Shown here piece by piece: positions 1-12,948 of a DNA stretch of 64,000 nt. Source of the DNA: Octopus sinensis. Lineage: Eukaryota. A program made the translations under genes and the position numbers. The notes beneath the pieces were generated by a model. That model saw nothing but the letters and a program-made list of their open reading frames with translations. It had not been told where the DNA came from and made no database searches. The number at the start of each line of letters is the position of its first letter. Within the stretch, counting starts at the first letter, position 1. Location of the stretch: positions 16,058,001 through 16,122,000 of the forward strand of contig NC_043017.1 in NCBI RefSeq assembly GCF_006345805.1, in the 5' to 3' direction.

Positions 1-365
1 TGGAGAACGGGGAGGCACAAGGTATGAATGTGTCCTCTCATCTGGAACCCCTCAGCTGTTGTTGGAATGTCTTCTTAACTGGTCAGAGCAGATTTACATC
101 AAAAAGTAATGACAAACTAGACTGCCATCGTCCATAGATGAAGGGATGCCACATGACCAAAACTTCCCCTCCCCCACCACTGCATTTCAAGAGACCACCA
201 TTTATAACACCTCCGTTCCTGTCATGCAGTTACCATTGTCCAGCAAAGGAGAGGACTCCCTATCCATTAAAAAAAAACAAACAAAAAAACCATAGAGCGT
301 CTCAAAATTGTAGTCATTAACCAATGGCCTTCAGTGGGGTCCTCAACAGTCTCATGGCCCCTTAA

Positions 366-586
366 CCCCTTAGTGTTCACATTATTCTGCCAAAATTAAT
401 CCTTTTTTATCCACATTGTTTTGAACTAACCATGCATTATCTTGTAGCTATGAGATTTTGATGAGGTAGCTGTTAATTTTTTAAACGATATTGTAGGGTT
501 GGTGTGAGAGACCAGATCTGGCCAGTTTGAACATAAAACAGGCAGAATACTTTTGGCCGGATATGGCCGGTTTAGATGCTAAAGGG
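366..586. mobile_element. piggyBac-type MITE
   Basis: TTAA on both sides (362-365, 587-590); ends CCCCTTAG...CTAAAGGG; no coding capacity. Confidence 0.75.
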
Positions 587-890
587 TTAAGGCAGCCCAC
601 TGTACTACCTCAGAGAGGAACACCACTTTGACCCTGTGGCACACTGCGTGACACCACATATAAGCAAATGTGGCAGCTGCCTAAGAATCATAGCATCCCA
701 TCCTACAACATAAGTTGAGTGAATTCACCACCAAAGTAGCAATGGCCAGAGGCTGATGTTAATTGGGACGTGGGTTTACGACACCCCTACCCCTGCTTAG
801 AGGAGGTATTTTACTAGTTTGTGTCAATAACAAAAAACAAAACAAACAAACAAAAAAAGAGAACCTAGAAAGTGTGTTTGGGTTACATAC

Positions 891-951
891 CTCTTCATCG
901 TCCAGATATGGCTCAAACCAATCCCATAATTCCTGAGGTGGCTGAGTAAAC
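891..951 (-). CDS. PRPF38B: PRPF38B coding exon 4 (R-FTQPPQELWDWFEPYLDDEE); the gene continues beyond the left window edge
   Basis: Matches recalled YTQPP.DLWDWFE..LDDEE. Acceptor ctccag|G completes the phase-2 Arg codon; donor GAG|gtatgt. Confidence 0.93.
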
Positions 952-2280
952 CTGGAGAATAAAAAAACAAAACCTCTTAAAGCAAAGAATTCAGAAGAGA
1001 GAAGGAGAGGGGTTAGTGAACGAGTGACACACATGATGGGCTTCCACATAGTTTCCACCTAGCAAATCCCCTCTTGACTTCTGAACCACACATCCATGCG
1101 CGAGTGGCTGCTTCAAAACTCTATTATATATATATATGTGTGTGAGTGTGTGTGTTTAGTGATCACATGGGTTTGGGTTCAGTCCCACTGCATGGCACCC
1201 TGGGCAAATGCTTTCTACTGTAGCCTTGTCAGTGGATTTGGTAGACGGAAACTGAATGAAGCCCATTGCATGTATCTTTGTGTCCGAGTTTGTCCCTTCG
1301 CTACTGCTTGACAACTGGTGTTGGTGTGTTTACATCCCTATAACTTAATGGTTTGGCAAAAGAGATCAACAGGCTTAAAAAAACCCAGAAAAAGTACTGA
1401 GGCTGATTTGGATGACTAAGAATCCCTCTTAGTGGTGCCCCAGCATGACCAGAGTCTGAAACAAGCAAAAGATGAAATCTGTCTGTGCGTCACGAAAATG
1501 TTTGAAGTCTATTTCTGTAACAAGTATTGTGTCAATCACTTCACATGCCCAGTCTGGTTGGCCGTAGACGAGAACCACAGCTACAAAACTGAAGTGGCCC
1601 AGTCCACTGTTAACCAATAATTATAGAAGCTAACATGGGAGCCTCTACAGAGTGACACATTTGCTAGAAATAGCAGCAAGTGACCTAGCTGTAAATATGG
1701 ATCATGAGGTGAGGTACAATCGTAAGCAGTGGCAATACTGTAAAGTAGGGAGATGTTTAAGTTAGCTTACAGGGCAGGGTTCAATTCCTGCAGACATTTG
1801 AGACAATCTTTACGGACATAACCGGTGGGGGTCACAGTTGCTGACTCAACATACAAAACCCTCAACGGAATCAACTGAATTGCTAAAAACAACAGCCAAA
1901 TCACACCATATCTTATATAGGAAGGACACATTGTATAAGGTTGTTTAATAATAATTTGGCAGACAAATCAATAAGACATTCCAACCATGATCACATGCCT
2001 TATTTCTAGATGCACAATGTATCTAGGATGACACTGTCCTTCATCGTTTTTAGAAATCATAGGGTGTGACTCAAGGGAGATTAGCTGGTATTTCAAGCAG
2101 GCCAAAGTAACCACACAGAGGCTCCATTATTGGATAATGCAATTCTAGACATACACTGCCACAGGGTGGTCAAGGTAGGCTGGAACTGCTTTGACAACAA
2201 GGTTTGTGATAGCAAAGAGCAAAAGAGTAAGCCCCCCTCCCCACACAGCTCAAAAAAAAGAAAAAGAATGTGGTACTGAC

Positions 2281-2432
2281 CTGATGTACATGAACCCTAG
2301 GGCTCTGATGTAAGGGGAGTCTTGGTGACTGATTAAACCATTCACTTGTTTTTTGGTCAATCTCAAAGTAAACAGTTTATAGAGGAGACAAAACGCACTG
2401 GAAACAATACCACCAGCTCCGACGCCTCGCAC
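2281..2432 (-). CDS. PRPF38B: PRPF38B coding exon 3 (VRGVGAGGIVSSAFCLLYKLFTLRLTKKQVNGLISHQDSPYIRALGFMYIR)
   Basis: Conserved PRP38 domain. Acceptor tttcag|GTG; donor AG|gtcagt, phase 2. Confidence 0.96.
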
Positions 2433-3417
2433 CTGAAACAGACAAGCATCATCATCATGACCACCACCTCTTACAAGTCACAACAGAAACAGGTAAACAT
2501 CACCTCCAACACCTTGCACCTGAAAGACATCATTACCACTATATTGTTCTAAAGCAATGTTTCTCAATTACATTTTATCTACAGACCCCCTTTCATTGTT
2601 ACTTTACTTGGATGGACCCCCACCCATCGTCATTGGACCCCAAAGTCAGTTTTGCCCTAGTTTCAATGACTCGATACCCTTCTCAACACCATCCACCCTA
2701 CAGCATGTACTGAGTGCTTTTTACCCCAAGGCAATGACACAAGTGAGGTCACCAAGTAACTCACAAAGTCCCCTTGACCACTGTGTGCAGTTGAGAGAGA
2801 GGGAGAGGGAGAGATTGCTTTATGCCAGGGGTTGAGAGGCTAATCTGTTTTTTTCCAATGCTAGTACAGGTTAAACAAACATATCAGCTGGGTTGCCCTT
2901 CCTGTCACTAACCCTCACTTGTTCTTTTGACTAAGAGATCTCTTATTCCAGGTCTTCAAAGGTGCAAAACCAGCAAATGACACTGCTTGTAGCTCAGGGA
3001 TATTTTAGAGAATCCCTGTGCCCATTCTCTATGGCAATGCAGTTCTTCAGGGGTGCCCAACCCATTACTCTTTCAACCATGTCTCCTGCTGCTTAATCTC
3101 GTTCCCTTTTTCATTTTTCTTTGGAGGTGGTCATGGGTGTTTTTCTTTCTTGATAACAGGATTTTTTTATACTTTTACTATTTTTTTTTCTTTTTCTTCC
3201 TGTAAAAATGTAAAAAAAATGTCTTTGCAAAGTGTAAAAAAAAAAAAAAAAAAAAAAAATCATCGTGGTGTGTGGCCGTGAAACCCTCAAATGATGGAAA
3301 CATTTAAGGAAAAACCATCACTGACATCAAACAGCAAGAGTGAAAAGAAAGCCTAAAAAAAGCGGGTTTCGAATGGATGCAAACAAAGGAAGAAGGGATA
3401 GAGAGAAGAATACTCGC

Positions 3418-3486
3418 CCCACCACACATTCCAGTCTGTCCAGCAGTCTTCCGACTTCCTTTCTCCCATGGTTCCAAATGCGACAC
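3418..3486 (-). CDS. PRPF38B: PRPF38B coding exon 2 (VSHLEPWEKGSRKTAGQTGMCGG)
   Basis: Highly conserved PRPF38B peptide. Acceptor ccag|GTG at 3487; 69 nt, phase 0; donor is GGG|gcgagt (GC donor). Confidence 0.95.
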
Positions 3487-3684
3487 CTGGAGGCAAAGAA
3501 GCAAAACAACATGTTACTGCAAAGAGAAGGGGAGACAAATCGTTGAGATAAACTGAAAAAGTGAGAGAGAGAAAGGCAGATAGATGATAGCGAGAAAAAG
3601 TTAGATAGATCGATAAGTAGGAGGAGGAGGAGGAGGATTAAATGTGAAAAAAAACACCAGATGAAAATACCTGGAGTCACGTAC

Positions 3685-3840
3685 TTTGTAATAGATCTCA
3701 TCTATCACTTCATGGTAAGTTTTCAGTTCATAGAGATTGACCTTGAAGTAAGGGGATGATTGTATGTTGGTCAGGATTAAAGTATTAAGGTTCATCGTCT
3801 TCTCATTGCCCCATATTGACAGAGGGTTGTTAGGGGCCAT
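3685..3840 (-). CDS. PRPF38B: Pre-mRNA-splicing factor 38B, first coding exon (MAPNNPLSIWGNEKTMNLNTLILTNIQSSPYFKVNLYELKTYHEVIDEIYYK)
   Basis: Translation matches the PRP38 domain N-terminus as recalled (WGNEKTMNLN..ILTNI.SSPYFKV.LYELKTYHEV.DEIY.K). ATG at 3840 has an in-frame upstream TGA. Exon acceptor cccag|g at 3876/3875 follows a long poly-T tract; donor AAA|gtacgt at 3684. Confidence 0.95.
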
Positions 3841-4113
3841 TCTCCCAACACTCACCTCTTTTGATCACCTCCAACCTGGGAAAAGTTACCAAAAAAAAAA
3901 AAAAAAAAAAAAAAAAGAAAAGAAAAAAAAAGAGAAAAAGAGAACGATATTAAAAAATAAACAAAACTGGAATTCTGGGCTGAAAAACAAGAGAAAAATC
4001 TCGAAGCAGCTGGTCAGTTATTGACCAGCACTGTGGACACTGGACACATTGTGATCATCTACTTTACAATAGAAATCCATAACAAAATCTGCTAAGAAGC
4101 CCTTGTTTTAAAG

Positions 4114-4334
4114 CTGTGGTCCCCAACCTGTTCTTTTTGCCTTTCAACCCCTTTCATTCCTCCTTAAGCCATTTGAGGTTTAAAACAATCCTTTTAGTTT
4201 TAGGATTAAATATTATTAGGAATTGTATCGAAATTTTTTTTAATATTTTGTGTATTGTCGAAATGTAACAATTTATTGCAGGTAAATTTAGAGGGACGTC
4301 GAAGGGCCATGTGGACCCAGGTTGGGAAGCACTG
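4114..4334. mobile_element. hAT (Charlie-like) MITE
   Basis: TIR ctgtggtccccaacctg / caggttgggaagcactg; 8-bp TSD ttttaaag/ctttaaag (7/8). Confidence 0.75.
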
Positions 4335-5294
4335 CTTTAAAGTCTTGCCCTAGTTTAGTCCTGATCTAATAGACTCAATGGCAAAAAGATGTTCCAACCA
4401 TGGCCATGCTGTGCATTTTAATCAAGTGGTCAATTAGTGGAGTCGTTAGATAGAATGCCTCATGATACTGGTGCCAATTCTGTGTTCTGGGATCAAATCC
4501 AGGTGATGTCGATTTTGCCTTTCATTGTTTCAAGTTCAAAAAGTACCAATCAAGGAAGAAGGAAAGGTGAAAGTGTTAGAAGTATGGGAGCAGGATGGCA
4601 TGATGCCTTGTGGTATTCATTGATAGCAACACCTCAAATGACACGGGTCCCCAGCTGTATTGGTCTTTCACTCACCAACCTTCCTCGACATAATCTTGTT
4701 CTGGCTGGTCCCAAACACTTATGTGAGGGTACATGGTCAGAATTGACCAACAGAGACATTGTTTAGCCCTAGGTTAGTCCTGACCTAACAGATCTGTGAT
4801 CAAAGAGACTCCTGATATGACTATCCTGACTTGTATTCAGACAGTGTTCCAAGGACCTTATTATCTTGTCTTCTGACTCTTTAACCCCAGGCCAACTCTG
4901 TCTCAGTAAACTTATGCTCATATGCATTCCAGCCATGACCATCCTGTTTTTTTTATTAAGAAATAGGATACCTAGAACTGTAGTGTCAATGTATCTTAGT
5001 TTTTTTTTCAAGATGGTATGGTGTAACTTGAGGGAGATTTGGCTGTTATTTCTAGCAAGTCACATTAGTTCAGGTTTGGAAGAATCTCTGTAAGGTTGCA
5101 TTGTAACTTCTCTCTCAGTTTTACGTCATTTTGGGTGTGGATTGAACAATAGTAATTACTCCTCTTCAGATACCATGTTGGTTGGCACCAACACCATGAC
5201 CCCCCACCCGACACTCCTTCTCTAGCATCTAGGTAATAATACTCCATCCTGCTTGCATCTTCTCTGCCACAGAAAGTTTCAAATCCAATACAAC

Positions 5295-5545
5295 ATCATC
5301 ATCATCATCGTTTAACGTCCGTTTTCCATGCTAGCATGGGTTGGACGGTTCGACTGGGGATCTGGGAAGCCAGAGGGCTGCACCAGACTCCAGTCTTATC
5401 TGGCAATGTTTCTACAGCTGGATGCCCTTCCTAACGCCAACCACTCCGTGAGTGTAGTGGGTGCTTTTTACGTGCCACCTGCACTGGTGCCAGGCGAGGC
5501 TGGCATCGGCCACGGTCGGATTGGTGCATTTTACGTGCCACCTGC
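5295..5545 (-). mobile_element. Repeat family B: RTE 3'-UTR-derived copy with (GAT)n tail
   Basis: Shared sequence with about 6100-6275, 7440-7625, 11745-11950, 13225-13460, 16000-16145, 18000-18310, 30685-30840, 31095-31470, 34455-34630, 43195-43385, 43570-43925. Matches the UTR attached to the RTE RT at 42400-42975. Confidence 0.8.
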
Positions 5546-8283
5546 ACGGACAACGATTATAATTGCTACATGATAGACTTTACAGAATTCTTGCATATTT
5601 TTACTGCTCCACTTACAGACCATCTCTTTCAAAAGTGTGTTAGATGGCCTCTTCCACTGCTTGCAAACCCTGGCTTCGTCAGATTGCCACTTAAACATTT
5701 ACAAGCACAACTAAGTATACTGATGATTATTGGTAGCAGATTAGAAACTGAATCACTGGATAGCTGAGCAGACACCACGGTGAGACCACTGGTGTCTTGC
5801 ATGATTGGTTGCCAAGCCATTGCATGATCCAACACTTTAGAACCTTCTCATTGAACCCTATATAAAGGTGGTTTGGGGCAGTTGCTTGACATCTCCATTC
5901 TCAAGGTAGGCAGAACACACACATTTTGTCCCCGTGAATATAGTGTGATTGTTTTCCAGTTGTGAAGGGCCAGCCACAGATTGCTTTAACCATTCAGATT
6001 ACTGTCAAATGTAAGGCCTGTTTATTCAAATTGTGTTCAATTAATCACACATTATCTTGTAGCTTTGAAATTTGGATGATAATATATTGTTACAATGACA
6101 GTGGCACATAAAGGCACCATTCAAGTGTGGTTGATGCCAGTGCCGGCCGACTGGTTCGTGCTGGTGGCACATAAAAAGCACCATTCGAGTGTGGTCGATA
6201 CCAGTTGCTGCTTGACTAGTCCCGTGCTGGTGGCAGCATGCCAGCATCGAAAGCAGATGTTAAACAATGATGATGATGTTGTAGGTGTGAGAGGCTGGAT
6301 CTGGCCAGTTTGAACCTAAAACAAGTTTGCTGGGTATCAAGAATTTTAGTTTCTCTAAGAAGAGAAAATAACTGATGTTTGAGATGGCCCTTTTGGTACG
6401 AACCTCCTGGAGACTGCCCGGTCTCCACTGATACAAACGTCCTGTTTCAAAGAGATCTCCACCAAATGTCCATGTTAATTTATGAGCCAGGCCTCACCCT
6501 TTAGCCCCCACATTCCCCTGTCAACTGCAAGGCTTATTTATTCAAATGGCTTTCAACTAATCCCACATTATCTTGTGGCTTTGAGATATTGTTACAATGA
6601 CATTGTAAGGTGTCAGAGGCTGGGTATCTTGCCTGGATGCGGCTGGTTTAGATGCTGAAGAGTTAGTAATAACAATTATTTTACTAAATTCTTTGTTTTC
6701 GATTGAAATAAAGGCAGTATGTTTCAACAGGATTACGAAAGGGTTATAAACCCTTGATGATGGTGGTGTAAGGTGTTGAAGGTAATGGCTAGTGGAGATG
6801 AGAAAGGAACAACTGGGTTATTTAGTAGGGGTAGCAAGTAGATGAGGAGAGATGTATGGGTATAGGGAAAGAGAGAGGGGAAGGAAGGGTAAAGAGATAC
6901 CTTGAGAAATTGTGGGGGTCATCAGTCTATCAGAGGCACATGCTCCGATCTGGTCTCTCTCAGTGAGGTTAAACTGAAATGTACAGAATCAGAATTTAGT
7001 GTTGTCTTTCAGCAATAGTTTCAAAGGTAAATCACAGGTGTGGTTAACAGGTGGGGCAGCAAGACACATTATATTCCCTGGAAACAAAATGGTATCATGT
7101 GTGTGTGTGTGTGCCTGCCTTACAGTAGTGGGAAAGAGGTGGTGGTGGGGAAAAGGTAAACAGAGGAAAGTAAGAGATGAGATGCTGATAAGAGTGGGTC
7201 TCCCTCATCACACATTACCATCTTTAAAAAAAAAAAGGGAAGGATGGTCACTGTTGGAATGGCTTAGAACAGTTTGTGCTAACAAGGCTGTTCTGGTGCC
7301 AAAAAACAAGACTAAACTTGGTTATGAATTCCCAAATGCTAACAAGCTTCACCAACAAACAGAATCCTCGACCATCTTCTGTACTTTGCCCAGTCCTCTT
7401 CCACATCAGGTGATGATACACACCTCTTGGCTTACATCACCATCATTTAATGCCCGTTTCCCATGCTGGCAAGACCAGGGGCCATGCCAGGCTCCATTTT
7501 TCACCTTTAGCATGGTTTCTACAGATGGATGTCCTTCCAAATGCCAACCATTTTACAGAGTGTTCTGGATGTTCTATAAATGGCACCAGGCACCAATGCT
7601 TTTTATGTGACACCAGCACCGTAAAATGTCTCCACCAAAACTCCACGTTAATTCATGTTCTGAACACCAGATTAATAACGACAAAATTATTTTAATAAAC
7701 TTTTCAGTGTTTCCAAATTGAAATAAAAGCAGTTGATTTCAAAAGGGTCAATGACAATTTATAAATGGAAACATCAACAAGAGGGGGGGATACTTAAGTG
7801 ACTACTTAGGCATAGGTGTGGCTGCATAGTAAGAAGTTAGCCTTCCAACCACACGGTCTCCGGTTCAGTCCCACTGCATGGCACTTTGGGAAAGTGTCTT
7901 CTCTACAACCCCAGATCAAAGCCTTGTGAGTGGATTCGGTAGAGGGAAACTGAAAGAAGCTCATTGTGTGTGTGTGTGTGTGTATTACTGTCTCCTTGTC
8001 TTGATTTTGTGTGAGTCCATAAACGAACATCACTGTCATACAAGTAAAATCCTTCATTTCTAGTCTTTCATGAAAACATGTCCAGCCATGGGGAAATATT
8101 ACCTTATTTTGGAAACAGGTGAATGTTGGTGACAGGAAGGGTATCCAGCTGTACAAACTCTGCTGTAAATATACTCTGTCCGACCCATGCAAGCATGGAA
8201 AAGTGGACATTAAATGAGGATAAAAGGCAGTGTACTTCAACAGAAATACAATAAAATAAGAATCAATGGTATTTGTAAATATA

Positions 8284-8436
8284 TAGGAGTGGCTGTGAGG
8301 TAAGAAACTGGCTTCCCAATCACATGGTTCTGGGTTCAGTCCCACTGTGTGACACTTAAGGCAAGTGTCTTCTACTATAGCCTTGGGCCAACCAAAGCCT
8401 TGTCACCTTTGGTAGATGGAAACTGAAAGAAGCCTG

Positions 8437-8497
<61 letters not shown>

Positions 8498-8710
8498 TGT
8501 ATGTATTTGTGTGTCAGTGTTTGATACCCCCACCATATCTTGACAACTGATGTTGGTGTATTTACGTCCCTGTAACTTAGCAGTTCAGCAAAAGAGACCA
8601 ATAGAATAAGTACTAGGCTTACAAAGAATAAGTCCGGGGGTTGATTTGTTCGACTAAAGATAGTGCTCCAGCATGGCCGCAGTCAAATGACTGAAACAAG
8701 TAAAAGAATA
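8284..8710 (+). mobile_element. tRNA-headed SINE family A (head ggcgtggctgtgtggtaagaag, internal microsatellite, tail gactgaaacaagtaaaag)
   Basis: Shared sequence with copies at about 1150-1478(+), 7808-7990(+), 9770-9890(+), 10370-10500(-), 19060-19210(+), 19930-20160(-), 23466-23840(+), 27690-28088(-), 34660-34833(-), 38458-38610(+), 41850-42263(+). Has Pol III A/B-box-like motifs. Confidence 0.85.
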
Positions 8711-10083
8711 TATCAACAGAAATGTGTTTGTGACAGAGAGAGAATTATTAAGTTACCACTTGTTTCAAAGCAGATGATTGCATTGGGCAGTAAACTGCAG
8801 CCATTGTCCAGTTTAACATCACCACTCACCCACTTTCAGTGTCTTTACTGGTGTCCACTCAAATATGGGCCCCACAACATCCTCTATCTAGAAAGAGAAT
8901 ACAAATCTCCCTCTCAAATCACACCACACAGCCTTTGGAAACCAAAGATACATTAGACAATGTAGTGCTAGCCATCTTTAGAGAGATATGGGTGGGAGGG
9001 TCATGGTCAGAAAGCCTTTAATCATAGGTCTACCTTACCAAGACAACAACAACAGTCTCTTGTGACTGTCCACCAGTCAGTTTTATAGATTTTAAGACTT
9101 ATGAACACGTCTGGCAGTCACAGCTGGTCAGATCATAACAGAAGAGTTATCAATCTATAACCTATCACTGGCACTAAACTGTCCGTGTGTCACTACAACA
9201 GCCCATCTATCAGTAATTAAATCCCATTTGTAGAACCAGTTGCTTGTTGTTTAACACCGAGTCAGTGTTGATCCTCCAGCTGTGACCATCCTGTCTTTTA
9301 CTCAGATATAATGTTTCCAAGACCACATCATCAAACATATCCTTTCTTTATTTTTTTCGAGACAGTGCTATAATTTGAGGGGAAGTTTGGCTGCTATTTA
9401 TAGCAAGTTGACCAACCATATACAGTCTCCTCAATCACTGGGTGATGAGTGTTCAATTCCAGAGTAAGGCAGTAAATTGGTGAAGTTAACTGAGCAATAC
9501 GCATGTTTTATTGTATTTGCTTAAGATCTCTGCATCCTGAGTTCAAACTCCACTCGGGCCATCCCTTTGTGGGGTCAATAAATGTAACACAAGACTTGTC
9601 GTAACTGGAACTGACCAAGAACGGCATAGTCACATTGTGGACTGCGTTCTCTACAATGACCAACCTTTTCATCATATCTCTCTCCACTCAACAACAAATA
9701 CAGAAATCATTCATTTACATTTGGACTAATTGGAAATCTAATTAGTGAACCGATTCACTAAAAAAACAAGAAAGGCACGGTTGTGTGGTAAGAAGTTTGC
9801 TTCCCAACCACGTGGTTCTGGGTTCAGTCCCATTGTCCGCCAGCATGGTCGCAGTCAAATGACTGAAACAAGTAAAAAAGAGAAAAGGTAAAAACCCAAT
9901 TAAATTAATGAAATACAAATGAAATAACCAAAATTATTGTTTTCACATCCATTTTTCCATGGGTCAGAGTTTTTTCCTACAACCAGACACCCTTCTTTCA
10001 CCTGTTTTCTAAGCAAGGTAATGCCTCCCCCAGGGACAGACATTCTTTGTAGGAGTTTGGAAATAAATGGCGTTCATTTACAA

Positions 10084-10339
10084 CAGTGGTTTGTAAGTAT
10101 CTTTTTTGCCTGTGGACCCCTTTTTGCTCTTATTTCCTCTAATGGAGCCTCATAACCTTTCAATGTTTGAAAAAAAACCCCCAAAAAACAGCATTTTTGT
10201 AATTAAATATTGCTAGAAATTGTATAAGAAGAATATTAAATCTTGTGCATTGCAGAATTATAACCAGTTTATTGTACAGAAACTTCAACAAAATCTTTGC
10301 GGGACCCCAAGAGCCATATGGACGGATTGAGGACCACTG
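10084..10339. mobile_element. hAT (Charlie-like) MITE, related to 4114-4334
   Basis: Ends cagtggtt...gaccactg; 8-bp TSD atttacaa/ttttacaa (7/8). A related, more decayed copy lies at about 14370-14610. Confidence 0.7.
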
Positions 10340-10909
10340 TTTTACAACAATCAGGAGACACAAAAAACACACACGGGCATAAATGATGGGCTTCTTTTAG
10401 TTTCCATCTGGTAAATCCATTCACAAGGGTTTGGATGACCTAGGGCTATAGCAGAAGACACTTGCCCAAGGTGGGACTGAAGCTGTATGGGTGGGAAAGG
10501 AAAGATCTCCCCCTGCAGCTAGGCCAGCACTCGTACTGTCTACAAAAACAACAGCAAAAGGACAAGGAATAGTGTGGACAGCCGAGGTAGACGATACAAG
10601 ATCAGAGCAGCTGCAATGTCTTTGACGGACGGCTGGATGAGGGCTGACCTGGAGTCAAACAACAACCACTACAAACCCTGAAACTCACCAAACATCAGAT
10701 ATGGGCTGAGGGTGTGGTCCAGGGATTAAGAAGCTTGTTTCAGTCTTGAGATCTCTAGTTCAATCCTACTGCATCTTGAAGAAGCAACTTTTACTATAGC
10801 CACAATTCATCTCAAGTTCTGTGAGTGAAACTGGTCAGCACTGTGATCAAAGATGTTCCAGTCAAGCCATGACCAGTTTGGGTGCAATATATATATATAT
10901 ATATACATA

Positions 10910-11670
10910 CAGGGTGTGATGAATAAACTGTCGTCTAAATTATGCAAAAATGAAAAATAACATCAACATCTCATTTTAACGGATACCTTTACCAAAATTA
11001 CATAAAAAGATCTTGAAATATCTCAAGAGTAAATTTATTCAATAAATTCGCCATTGGCTTTATCATGGACTCCAGACGACATCAGAATCTCCTGCAATTC
11101 TTCTGGACAGTCTCCTTGTTTTAGTTGGTCAGTGGTGCCATAATCCTTGCCTTCACTTCATCTTTGGTGTTACAAGGAGTTTTGTTGGTCACTCACTCAA
11201 CTGCACCCCACACATAATAATTAAGGGGGTTGCAGTTTGGGGAGTTAGGTGGCCAGATGTTAGGGGTGATGTGGTCACAGAAATTTTCTGACCGCCATGA
11301 CTGGGTTCTCCTGCTTGTGTGGCATGGTGTAGAGTGCTGTTGCCAGACATAGGGTCTTCCAGCAGCCAATCCCTTGACCCAGGGCAGCACTACCTCCTCC
11401 AGGCACTTGATGTAGGCCTCCATATGGAGTCTGAGGCATGTGGGAAGATGATTGGAGGCATAACGTCACAATCACTAGTGATCATTCTGAGCACATTGAT
11501 ACTGACTGGATGTTTGATTTTTGACACCCAAACACTCTGAAATGTTCATAATGGAGCTTCAGGCATGGATGCCAAGAAGTACAGCATGTCGTTTACAAAT
11601 TTCTGGCAGAGTGAATTGTGCCATGGTGCTGTTTTTTCACAGACAGTGCTCAACTGACCCCACTATACTG
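10910..11670 (-). mobile_element. Internally deleted Tc1/mariner-superfamily (maT/DD37D-like) transposon
   Basis: Minus-strand remnants: N-terminal MAQFTLPEI..RHAVLLGI fused to KIKHPV..., VLPWVK...WQQHSTPCH...WPPNSPNCNPLNYYVWGAVE. One terminus TA|cagggtgtgatg at 10910. Stops and frameshifts present. Confidence 0.8.
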
Positions 11671-12734
11671 TGTAATCAACAAAATCAAAAACAGACTATG
11701 CGCATGTGTGTGTGTATATATATATATACAAAAGGATCATTATCATCATCATTTAACATCCGTTGTCCATGCTGGCATAGGCTGGACAGTTTGACTGGGT
11801 TTGCAAGCTGGAAGGCTGCGCCAGGCTCCAGTCTGATTTAGCATGGTTTTTCTACAGCTGGATGACCTTCCTAATGCCAACCACTCCGAGTGTGTAATGA
11901 GAACTTTTACATGCCACTGGCACTGGTGTCATTTGCGTGACACCCATTACTATGATTTTGCTCGGCTTGATGGGTCTTCTCCAGCACTAGATAATTTGTT
12001 TCTTCTGTTGGCCTGAATGATTGCAGGAGAGTACATAGCATGCTGTGCAAGCTTTCTGATTATTGTACAATCTGAGCATGAAACTTAGAGCAGATCACAT
12101 TTAAATCCTGTTTTATATATGTGTGTATATTGAAATGGATGTTGTTATTATATGTAAGATGACAAGCTAGCAGAATCATGGGGCCCTGGTCAAAATACTT
12201 AGTGGCATTTCGTCCTTTTAGGGTTGATAAACTAAGTCCCATTCAGGTACTGGGGTTGAAGTAATTGACTTCCCCCATCTCTTCAGAAACTAGGGACCCT
12301 GTGCCAAAATTTGAAACTATCATTATTACTACTACAACAAATAAACCATATACATACATATGTACATGAGCAAACCGACCCCCACCTCCAATGTATGGTG
12401 CTGAGTTGTCAAACATTTAAACCAAATTTTCTCAAAACAACTTGTCCGACCGTCCCATAGCCACCCCCCACCCCCAGAAACACTGATTTAACCTAAATTT
12501 GAGACATCAGCAAAAGAAGAAATAAAGATAGACTTTCTTTCTGTTCCAAAGAATAACGATTTCCCATGGCTTTATTGATTGCATTCTCACCTGGAATTAA
12601 TTTTTGCAATTTTTTCAAGACTTATACACGCCCTGATATCGTTGGTATCTACATATCAAATTTGAGCACAATAGGATGGAGGATGCCCGAGATCTGAGAA
12701 GACACACAGACAGAACGGATTTTATATAATATAT

Positions 12735-12948
12735 ATATATATATATATATACACATAGAGTTAATCCAAACATGAAAGCACAAAAAAAACACAACAATGC
12801 GAGGACGTGGAACAAATATAGTATTATTGGACGCTCAGGAAAGAAGGAGGGTTTAACGTTTCGAGCAGAGCTCTTCGTCGGAAACACAGGAGAAGGGAAG
12901 ACAGAGGAAAAAAAAAAAATCGACAATGGTACACATGCGGTCACATAT

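Noticed and set aside
1429-1620. Overlapping antisense ORF pair in PRPF38B intron 3, considered as a poison exon
   Set aside because: Half of it is SINE tail, and no matching donor site was found.
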